From a virus (Duplodnaviria; Caudoviricetes), in the IMG/VR virus record IMGVR_UViG_3300042691_041259, positions 138,506 through 202,505 of that record: a stretch of 64,000 bases of DNA; one strand, written 5' to 3'. Numbering within the stretch: the first letter of the stretch is position 1; the number at the start of each line of letters is the position of its first letter. Under the pieces are notes generated by a model, which saw only the letters and a program-made list of their open reading frames with translations, was not told the origin of the DNA and made no database searches. Positions 57,076-64,000 of this stretch are shown one piece after another. The position numbers and the translations under genes are program-made.

Positions 57076-57149
57076 TACTCCCGAAGGGATTCGAACCCCT
57101 GGCCCACAGATTAGAAATCTGTTGCTCTATCCAACTGAGCTACGGGAGC
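57076..57149 (-). tRNA. trnR: tRNA-Arg(UCU), no encoded CCA
   Basis: GCTCCCG/CGGGAGT acceptor stem, AGTTGGATAGAGC D-arm, ACAGA-TTTCTAA-TCTGT anticodon arm, GGTTCGAATCC T-arm. Confidence 0.95.
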
Positions 57150-57159
57150 GTGTGAGAAC

Positions 57160-57573
57160 CTAGTCCTCAATAAAAATGCCTTTTTCTGCGCGATAGACCA
57201 TCTCAGTCTTGTAAAGCTTAGAAGAGACTGAATCAGCCATTCCGCGATCGGCATTATAGTCAATGCAGGCCAGCACCCATGCATTTGACATTTTTTGTAA
57301 AGGAACCCAAGTAAGAGGTTCTGTGCCATCTTTGCCGCGACCGCCTCGACAGAAGTGCTCACGGATCTTCTCAAAATCTTCATCGGAGTAGACGCTGATC
57401 TCTTCGTACGGAGCATCTTCGTGGAAGTTCCTACGGAGGTAGTCGTTTCCACCGTCTACCATGTATTCCTTTCCATTTTTGTCGGTGTATGTCACATAAT
57501 CATGACGATGGCGAGAGACTAGCACAGTTCCATCTGGCGTGCGAATTTGATTAACAAGTATTTGCTTTTCCAT
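57160..57573 (-). CDS. Conserved phage hypothetical protein
   Basis: SRHRHDYV...YMVDGGNDYLRR motif common in phages. Confidence 0.7.
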   Translation of the reverse strand: MEKQILVNQIRTPDGTVLVSRHRHDYVTYTDKNGKEYMVDGGNDYLRRNFHEDAPYEEISVYSDEDFEKIREHFCRGGRGKDGTEPLTWVPLQKMSNAWVLACIDYNADRGMADSVSSKLYKTEMVYRAEKGIFIED

Positions 57574-57585
57574 ATTGGTTTATTA

Positions 57586-57610
57586 TTGATAGGATAAAAA
57601 TAATACAAAA
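57586..57610 (-). promoter_or_regulatory. 25-bp conserved upstream element (copy 2)
   Basis: Identical to 38706-38730. Confidence 0.7.
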
Positions 57611-57640
57611 GGCTCAAAGAAAAAAATTCTTGAGCCTTTT
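57607..57640. terminator. Intrinsic terminator (possibly bidirectional)
   Basis: AAAAGGCTCAA/TTGAGCCTTTT inverted repeat. Confidence 0.75.
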
Positions 57641-57650
57641 GTTGTTAACA

Positions 57651-58667
57651 TTATTTTTGTCGTACCGTCTTACTAATCTTTCCATCTTTAAACTCAAGTC
57701 CCATTTGCATGGGAAGAGACTGATTATGCCAGTTGATAGTAGTGTCGCAGGGACCTAATGTATCTCCGTGATTGAGGTGAGCTTGGACAGCAGGCTGCGC
57801 AACATAAATGGTAATGAAATTTCCATTTCCTAGTCGATGGCAGATGGCAACTCTTTTTGATTCTTCTTCTGCGTCCTCTTCATCGTCTACTGGATCAGTA
57901 ACTACCACATTAACATGAATAATTTGCTCAAATGTTGAAGTGTTTCCACAGCCATCAGTAGCTGTATAAACTCTAATGTAGCTGTTTCCAGAAACTTCAG
58001 TATCTACATATGTAAAAAAGATTGGTGATGAACAGGGTTCTGAAGCGGTAGCAAATAAGGTGTCCAGGCTAGTGCCTTCGTCAACCTCAATATAGATTTC
58101 TCCACTGATTGTTGGCGGAATAGTATCTACTGCTATAATAATTTCCGACGCGTTAGAAGTATTTCCGGATTCGTCATACGCCGTCCAGAGACGAGTATAA
58201 ACTGTTTGACATGGATTAGACCCATCTACAAAGTCTTGGTACATTAGGACTGTCCAGCCGCAATTGTCAACTGCCATTGCTTGCGTAAATTCTGGGTTAT
58301 TCCAGCAAGCAATTGTTTGTGTTGGCATTGGCGTAAATACAGGAGGCGCCTCATCTACTACGTGAATAATTTGTGTTTCTACCAGGCCGTTTCCTGCATT
58401 GTCAAACGCTCGGTAAATTCTAAAAACATCATAGACGTTTGAAATTCCACTTTGAAAAATTTCTTCAAGAAATACTACCTCTACGCTATCGTCACAATTG
58501 TCTTGGATGATAGGACGAATTGCAGAAAGATCATGATCACAACTAACGGTGATCTCAGGCTGAAAGTCTACGATGTACGGATTAGTAACATCATTAGTAC
58601 AGTCAGACTGCGCGTTTACAAAAAGTGTTAGGGTGGATAAAACTAGTGTTAGGATTTTGTTTTTCAT
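57651..58667 (-). CDS. Secreted HYR-like repeat protein
   Basis: Signal peptide MKNKILTLVLSTLTLFVNA-Q. Three DNC...R-x-[YW]-x-A-x-D-x-x-GN...D-x-x-PP repeats; C-terminal AICH...AHLNHGDTLGPC motif. Confidence 0.75.
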   Translation of the reverse strand: MKNKILTLVLSTLTLFVNAQSDCTNDVTNPYIVDFQPEITVSCDHDLSAIRPIIQDNCDDSVEVVFLEEIFQSGISNVYDVFRIYRAFDNAGNGLVETQIIHVVDEAPPVFTPMPTQTIACWNNPEFTQAMAVDNCGWTVLMYQDFVDGSNPCQTVYTRLWTAYDESGNTSNASEIIIAVDTIPPTISGEIYIEVDEGTSLDTLFATASEPCSSPIFFTYVDTEVSGNSYIRVYTATDGCGNTSTFEQIIHVNVVVTDPVDDEEDAEEESKRVAICHRLGNGNFITIYVAQPAVQAHLNHGDTLGPCDTTINWHNQSLPMQMGLEFKDGKISKTVRQK

Positions 58668-58672
58668 ATTTT

Positions 58673-58699
58673 TTATATTCAAATATGAAACAAAGTTTT
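58673..58699 (-). promoter_or_regulatory. Bipartite promoter-like motif AAAC-N14-GAATATAA
   Basis: 5 nt upstream of the HYR protein ATG. Confidence 0.7.
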
Positions 58700-58704
58700 T
58701 GACA

Positions 58705-59142
58705 CTAATTTTTTGAGTTTTCTTTCAGTTCGCCAGTTATCCATTCGCGTTCAGCAATAATCATGGCCTCACTTGGTGTAAGCTCGGGCATTGCTCCTAT
58801 AGTCAATAGCGCAGTGTATATCACATGTGCTTGCATGTCATATCGTTGTGAGTTTCTAACAACATCTAAAATTGTTCTCAGCTCCCACGAACGCGACATA
58901 GGATTAAAGTCAATATCCATCTCGCCGTAAACACTCCGTAGATTTTTTATATCAGATTCAGCGTCCTCTATTAAATAATAAAGTGAAGGCTCTAGAGTGA
59001 GCTGCAAAGGATTTTCAAAATCTTTGTTGACTGTGGAGTATTTGATTGGGCAGGAAGATAGTATTCCTTGATTTAGGCGGTTTACCCATTTGAAGAACTC
59101 TTCAAATGTATTTTTTTCTATGTAGACTGTTACTTTCATCAT
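58705..59142 (-). CDS. Hypothetical protein
   Basis: 145 aa ORF. Confidence 0.65.
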   Translation of the reverse strand: MMKVTVYIEKNTFEEFFKWVNRLNQGILSSCPIKYSTVNKDFENPLQLTLEPSLYYLIEDAESDIKNLRSVYGEMDIDFNPMSRSWELRTILDVVRNSQRYDMQAHVIYTALLTIGAMPELTPSEAMIIAEREWITGELKENSKN

Positions 59143-59160
59143 TTGTATATTTATTCAAGG

Positions 59161-59459
59161 GATATATAGTATGTAGATCAGGGTTTCTGTAACCGGGAGT
59201 GAAGGAGTAGAATGGCTCATCTTTTATGAGGGACTTGAAGAACGGGTATTTTCAGTCTTCAGCCGCAGGTGACAGAGTCAACCCAATGATCGAAAAGTGG
59301 CTATACCGTTTATGCTGTGGTGAGAGTCCCAGTCGTAAACAAAATTGTCAGAAGAACTCAATGATCTAAAGGAAGCTCAAAGAAAACACTCAAGGCAAAA
59401 CAGCATTGAATTCCTCTAAGGATTCTCAAAAGTAAAGGAGCCCGAAGGCTCCTTTACTT
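59161..59459 (+). ncRNA. Candidate structured non-coding RNA with possible pseudoknot
   Basis: GC-richer intergenic block bracketed by a plus-strand GATATATAG motif and a 13-bp terminator; several nested helices found by eye. Confidence 0.45.
59430..59459. terminator. Bidirectional intrinsic terminator
   Basis: AAGTAAAGGAGCC-CGAA-GGCTCCTTTACTT. Confidence 0.85.
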
Positions 59460-59472
59460 ATGTTGTATGAGT

Positions 59473-59949
59473 TTAGTTTTGTTTTCGGAGGAAAAATTGA
59501 GGTCTCCATCGTACCGTCCAATTTCCATTTTGACTGTCTGGCATTGCGTTTGCAATATCTCCAGAGGTTGTAGACCCATTCTTAATGTTTTTAATCTTTG
59601 AGTCCTTTTCAACAAATTTGCTGATATAGCCAGCCACCTCTTTAGCAAGCTTTTCTTTTTCTTTGTTCTTTTCGCTATCAGGAAAAGTGATAACCGCAGA
59701 AGTCTCGCCCATTGAATCTTCTAATGAAAAAACATAATAATCAATACCTTCTTTTCGCTGACTTGGAAATAGTAACCCAGAGTCTTCTATTTTAAACTCC
59801 TTTTTTAGTTCGTCTTTGATAACTTTGGAGTATTCTTGTTTATTTTTCTTTACTTGTGACATAACACTTGGGCCTGGATCGTCAACAATAGTTTCCATCG
59901 ACTCGTATAGTGAGTTTACAAACTCATTGAATGAATGTAGATTTGTCAT
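59473..59949 (-). CDS. Putative internal head protein
   Basis: MTNLHSFNEFVNSLYE capsid-targeting-like start. Confidence 0.65.
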   Translation of the reverse strand: MTNLHSFNEFVNSLYESMETIVDDPGPSVMSQVKKNKQEYSKVIKDELKKEFKIEDSGLLFPSQRKEGIDYYVFSLEDSMGETSAVITFPDSEKNKEKEKLAKEVAGYISKFVEKDSKIKNIKNGSTTSGDIANAMPDSQNGNWTVRWRPQFFLRKQN

Positions 59950-59960
59950 TGCTTTTTCTT

Positions 59961-60242
59961 TTAATTTACGTTAGGCTGTGCAGGCCCTGCCATAGCCTTG
60001 CATTCTTCCATCAAGCCTTCCATGCATTCTTTCATATAGGAATCGCATTCGCCAGCCCAGCTTTCTGCAGTATGTTCGGCGTTTTCATCGGCATGCCAAT
60101 TTTTTGCCTCATTTTTTGCCATCTCCATAATTTCTTCAATCTTTGAACAAAGTTCTTCTGAAAGGCAATTTTGTTTTTCTTTTGTGGCGGGCATTTCAGT
60201 GTCCTCGCCTAAAAAAGTTTGAAAGTTTTTTACGTGCTTCAT
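59961..60242 (-). CDS. Putative internal head protein (acidic)
   Basis: True start MKHVKNFQTFLGE at 60242. Confidence 0.7.
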   Translation of the reverse strand: MKHVKNFQTFLGEDTEMPATKEKQNCLSEELCSKIEEIMEMAKNEAKNWHADENAEHTAESWAGECDSYMKECMEGLMEECKAMAGPAQPNVN

Positions 60243-60250
60243 TCGTATTC

Positions 60251-60925
60251 TTATTTTGTTTGCATTCCACGAGTGTAGAACCAATCCTTTCCGTATGTGA
60301 CACTGAGTTCTTCTCCCGGAGAAATATCTCTCTTGGCATAATAACACATGCATCGCTTAGAAGGATCGGTTTCATACTTTACATTGGGCTGATTGTTATG
60401 GTTATACATAGAACCATAGCCAAAAACAATTGCACATCGCTCTTCGTCAATTGTAAAAAGGTAGTCGCAAATTGGTTCCATTTTTAAAAGCTCCATAGGA
60501 ACTGTGATATACGGAGCCTCTTCAATAAGTTCTCCTTCTTTAATAGGAGCTAGAGCAAATACTCCACGGCCTCCGTGTTCAGACTTACCAATGCCGATTT
60601 TAGACCAGTTTTTTGCATTGACTGAGCGGCTAAGCAACATTCCTGGCTCTTTTACAAATACTGCATTAGCAGGATCTGAAGCAAGAGAGGAGATATTTGC
60701 TTCATTGGTTTCATTAGACTTCTGAGCAATAAGCTCGCGAAGTCCGCTAACAAAATCTTCCGACTTGGCCTTCATATAGAGTTCCAAGTCGTTTGCTGCA
60801 ATCTTTCCCAAAGGCTCAAGTTCTTGATTGAGCTGCGCAATCATCTCTGGAGTCGGAAAGTAATTGAAGGTCTTAATGATTTCTTCAATTCGATTGGCTA
60901 CTATGTATTTATTGTATGCTATCAA
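60251..60925 (-). CDS. SET-domain protein-lysine methyltransferase with N-terminal extension
   Basis: GGRGVFA-x-x-x-I-x-x-GE, MYNHNNQPN and AKRDISPGEELSVTY motifs. Confidence 0.9.
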   Translation of the reverse strand: MIAYNKYIVANRIEEIIKTFNYFPTPEMIAQLNQELEPLGKIAANDLELYMKAKSEDFVSGLRELIAQKSNETNEANISSLASDPANAVFVKEPGMLLSRSVNAKNWSKIGIGKSEHGGRGVFALAPIKEGELIEEAPYITVPMELLKMEPICDYLFTIDEERCAIVFGYGSMYNHNNQPNVKYETDPSKRCMCYYAKRDISPGEELSVTYGKDWFYTRGMQTK

Positions 60926-60937
60926 GGCCTAATATGG

Positions 60938-61210
60938 TTATTTCAATTTTACTGTTAGCTGGTACTCCAGATTTCGCTGGTTATCTTTGTTATACACCTC
61001 AGAATCAAGGCTTGCCTCTTGCTGACCTATGCCACGATATCTAAGTTCATCGGAAACCTTAATATATTTATCTTCAAGTTTTACCTTTGCAAAACTCTGC
61101 TCTTTAATTTGTTTTGCCGTCAAAGGCAATTCAGAACTAAGTAGAATTCCTTTGTTTATGATTAAGCCTTCGCCTTCAATGGCAACCTTTGCATGTACTT
61201 GGTATTTCAT
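60938..61210 (-). CDS. Hypothetical protein
   Basis: 90 aa ORF in operon. Confidence 0.6.
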   Translation of the reverse strand: MKYQVHAKVAIEGEGLIINKGILLSSELPLTAKQIKEQSFAKVKLEDKYIKVSDELRYRGIGQQEASLDSEVYNKDNQRNLEYQLTVKLK

Positions 61211-61241
61211 ATGTGTTTTTCTTTTTCGTTATCTTAATAGA

Positions 61242-63572
61242 TTAGTCCCACCAACGCCAGTCGTTAAGCGAATTCTGGTATCCTGAGTTGTTAAGTAGTA
61301 TTGATTCATATGTGTCTGGACCAATTGCATATAGAGTACGAGTACTTACTCCGCTAGTTGCTATAACTTGGCATCTTTCGCCAACTACATAAAAGTCTTC
61401 ATACGTATCGGTTCCAATATTGACACTTTGTAACAGCGTACCTTCTAAATCATATACTTCAATTACCCAAAAGTTTTCTGCAAGAGCATCTTGCCATCCA
61501 ACATAAACGTTATTTGGGGCAACCCGTATAGTTACGTTTGCCTTTCCTGTTATGTCAATTTCTGCTGGCGGGATATAATTTGAATTAAGAATTCTTATTG
61601 AAGTGCTGCCATACTGAAGAGCTGTAGTACCTGATCGTTGGTACTCTATGTATGAACTAACATTGGTTGATTCTGAGCGGTAAGAATCGCTATATGCAGG
61701 AGTAAAAGTAGCAATTCCTTCTGCGAGATCTCCAATGGCCGAATTAAAATAGTAGGTAGCATCCTCACCATTTTGAGCTAAAAAGAAAGTATCTCGGTTT
61801 ACGTCCCAACCATTGTTGGTAGACATCCATAGATCGGATCCCATAAGTGCCAGCGTGCTATTATTGACTATATTAAAGTATTGCACATCGCCTTCTCTGC
61901 TGTTATCATAATATGTTATCACAGTATAATCTGTTCCAAGAGGCTCTATATCAAAGTAGTTACCGCAATCTGCATAAAGACTTGGAAGCGTTGAATACGT
62001 CCAATCTCCATTATCTTCCAAAAACAGAAGTTCCAAATCGGTATTACCTGCCTGGTTGACAAATAAAATAGCTGGCAGGCTTACACTGTAATTTGGGGAA
62101 ATACCGAAAGTTTCGGCTTCGCCAATAGTGGGCTCGTGAAAGAAAAAGCCACCTGCGGGGTTAGTCCACATAATTCTTGCAGCATCATATCTATCCATTT
62201 TTCCATCATATGTACTTCCGCTATGCAATACTATTAGAAAATTTTCTGCTCCATTTGGATTTCGCAATAAGAAGTCATATTTTACATAGCGGTCATCATA
62301 AAATATAGAATAGTTAGGGTATATAGTACTATCAATTAGGTAATCTGAAAGAATTCCTAAATTATGATTGTATTCAACCAATGCATTATCCAATCCTACA
62401 GTCGCTCCTGTGAGATAGAAGATTATTTTGTCTGACCCGACTAATTCAGTATTGTCAAGGCTTGCATGATATGAAGAGAAATCAAAATCTTCATATGTAC
62501 CATCCGTGTTAATAATTCGCAAAGTGTCCACTTGAGTGCTTGCAAAAGCCAACTCTACACTTACTTCAGAGCTTTCAGCAGCGCCTATAAATGTAACAGT
62601 AACTCCCGTGACATCAGAAACAAAAGCACCCACTGGTATACCGGTTCCAGTAATTAGATCGCCTATTCTGATAGAGGCATTGGGTGCATCTAGGGTTATA
62701 GTGCTTTCGCCAATGTTAAAAGAAGCAGTACTAGTAGTGTTTGATGTATTTGCAAATACTGCGTATGCAAGATCTGCTGCTTGAAATAGGCCACTTTCTA
62801 TGTCATTAGGACCAGCGCTTTCTCCGTGAGTAAAAGCTTCTGTTACCTCGGTTACAACTCCAGTATTTGCATTAACAAAATATACTCGGTTTTCACCAGT
62901 TTCTGTTGATTGGTAGTAGATTGAAAAAGTTCCATTCAGAGTACATTCATCCCAACTAGGATATCCAAAATAAACATAATCTTCTACATCTACATCGGTA
63001 AATGTTTTTGTGTATAAAACATTTCCGTTCCACCACTTTAAAACAACATCACCTGATGGATTTGTATATGAAATAGCTAATGCCAGTCCATCAAGACTAT
63101 TTTCATTGTAGTTGTTTCCAATGTTTTCTATGTGTTGAACTAGATTTCCTACAGAATCAATAATAAAGAAATCGTTTTGCGAGCCATTTATTTGAACATA
63201 AAGTCCATAGCCTCGACCATCAATTAGGTCATCTATATAGTAATTAGTAACATCCACAGAGGTGATTCCGGTATCTCCCTGTATGAATTCTAGTGTCTCA
63301 TAATTGGTTCCGATCCAGTAAAGAGTTCCGGTATCAGTATTGTTATACATTGTAACAGAGCTTTCGGCTTCTACTACAAGAGCTGCTGGGTTTCCGCCAC
63401 CACCGCCGCCACCAGCAACACCCGGAGGCGCTGATGAGGATGACTTCATTGCTGCTTCATACAGCATGCGCATTTCCTCTTGCTCACGCAAAAAGACTTT
63501 CCACTTACGCTCCATTTCTTGCTGGGTAGCCCAAGGAGTACCGAATTTTCGATTGAATAGTTCTCTGTTCAT
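61242..63572 (-). CDS. Large beta-rich putative virion surface protein
   Basis: 776 aa; short helical N-terminus, poly-Gly linker, N/D/T/Y-rich beta body. Late-like promoter motif upstream. Confidence 0.6.
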   Translation of the reverse strand: MNRELFNRKFGTPWATQQEMERKWKVFLREQEEMRMLYEAAMKSSSSAPPGVAGGGGGGGNPAALVVEAESSVTMYNNTDTGTLYWIGTNYETLEFIQGDTGITSVDVTNYYIDDLIDGRGYGLYVQINGSQNDFFIIDSVGNLVQHIENIGNNYNENSLDGLALAISYTNPSGDVVLKWWNGNVLYTKTFTDVDVEDYVYFGYPSWDECTLNGTFSIYYQSTETGENRVYFVNANTGVVTEVTEAFTHGESAGPNDIESGLFQAADLAYAVFANTSNTTSTASFNIGESTITLDAPNASIRIGDLITGTGIPVGAFVSDVTGVTVTFIGAAESSEVSVELAFASTQVDTLRIINTDGTYEDFDFSSYHASLDNTELVGSDKIIFYLTGATVGLDNALVEYNHNLGILSDYLIDSTIYPNYSIFYDDRYVKYDFLLRNPNGAENFLIVLHSGSTYDGKMDRYDAARIMWTNPAGGFFFHEPTIGEAETFGISPNYSVSLPAILFVNQAGNTDLELLFLEDNGDWTYSTLPSLYADCGNYFDIEPLGTDYTVITYYDNSREGDVQYFNIVNNSTLALMGSDLWMSTNNGWDVNRDTFFLAQNGEDATYYFNSAIGDLAEGIATFTPAYSDSYRSESTNVSSYIEYQRSGTTALQYGSTSIRILNSNYIPPAEIDITGKANVTIRVAPNNVYVGWQDALAENFWVIEVYDLEGTLLQSVNIGTDTYEDFYVVGERCQVIATSGVSTRTLYAIGPDTYESILLNNSGYQNSLNDWRWWD

Positions 63573-63593
63573 ACAATTATTTTTTTTGACATT

Positions 63594-63602
63594 CTATATA
63601 TC
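63594..63602 (-). promoter_or_regulatory. Late-promoter-like motif GATATATAG
   Basis: Between the capsid terminator and the 63572 start. Confidence 0.6.
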
Positions 63603-63626
63603 TTACACAAAGCCAGGTATGAGGTC

Positions 63627-63657
63627 AAAAAAAAGAGAGACCGAAGTCTCTCTTTTT
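63627..63657. terminator. Terminator after the major capsid gene
   Basis: AAAAAGAGAGAC-CGAA-GTCTCTCTTTTT. Confidence 0.85.
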
Positions 63658-63677
63658 GATATTGTGTAATCCGAAGA

Positions 63678-64000
63678 TTATGCAATGTTGAGTGGAGCAG
63701 TACCGCTGTTCCATACTGAACCAGAAGTAAAAGTATTGACTACGAAAGTCATATACTGAGTTTCTGGGTGGAAACCAGCTTCAACCAAAGCGTAGCGAGA
63801 CTTAACCGCAATCTTTGGAGCCATAGTACCTTCAGCAATAGTCTGGATAGACTCAGCCATCAAGTAAGGCATGAATTTCAAACCTGGTTCTTCGTCAGCA
63901 CCTTTACGGCCAACACAAACGCGAGTATCGTTGTACTCCATGTTTGGATCTACGTAAATAGTGATACCAGCCAATGTACCGATTGGGTAAAGAGCACCGT
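63678..64000 (-). CDS. Major capsid protein, T4 gp23-like (C-terminal fragment)
   Basis: GTLAGITIYVDP...GLKFMPY...TMAPKIAVKSRYAL matches the gp23 C-terminus; open to the window edge. Confidence 0.9.
   Translation of the reverse strand, partial: GALYPIGTLAGITIYVDPNMEYNDTRVCVGRKGADEEPGLKFMPYLMAESIQTIAEGTMAPKIAVKSRYALVEAGFHPETQYMTFVVNTFTSGSVWNSGTAPLNIA

Noticed and set aside
59330-59420. tmRNA interpretation of the plus-strand RNA (pseudoknot then short reading frame)
   Set aside because: No tRNA-Ala-like acceptor or T-arm ends and no ALAA-type tag terminus visible.
63340-63669. Plus-strand 109-aa ORF with a poly-Pro run
   Set aside because: Antisense reading of the poly-Gly linker of the 776-aa gene.
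1-64000. Stop-codon reassignment (code 15 or 4) as in some jumbo phages
   Set aside because: Genes tile densely under code 11, and TAA, TAG and TGA each end credible ORFs.
1-64000. Introns, inteins, homing endonucleases, transposases or diversity-generating retroelements
   Set aside because: No interrupted genes, RT, HNH, GIY-YIG, LAGLIDADG or transposase motifs were recognised.

Overview
64 kb of a large T4-like (jumbo) myophage genome, standard genetic code, almost entirely transcribed from the minus strand. A Bacteroidota host is inferred from a DUF4494 gene, an HYR-repeat secreted protein, a GH16 and an ECF-type sigma factor. Left third: baseplate/neck module (a >2,700 aa wedge/fibre ORF missed by the ORF track, plus gp6-, gp25-, gp13-, gp5-, gp27-, gp53- and gp48-like genes) with an amidoligase and a four-S1-domain ribosomal-protein-S1-like gene embedded. 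Middle: proteins with a T4 capsid-targeting-like N-terminal tag (nuclease-like, PAP2 phosphatase polyprotein, nucleotidyltransferase), lysis-like genes and small hypotheticals. 42.8-53 kb: cytosine DNA-hypermodification cluster (dCMP hydroxymethylase-type TS, dNMP kinase, EEP, DXD glycosyltransferase, two C5-methyltransferase-like paralogues, beta- and alpha-glucosyltransferase-like genes, NTP-transferase/kinase fusion, HAD phosphatase). 53-57.2 kb: ECF sigma, Ro60/TROVE, GH16, a self-contained ~380 nt non-coding array of related hairpins, and tRNA-Arg(UCU). Right end: HYR protein, a plus-strand candidate pseudoknotted ncRNA, SET-domain protein and the C-terminus of the major capsid protein. 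Three recurring promoter-like motifs are visible. All assignments come from reading motifs by eye; no searches or folding programs were run.
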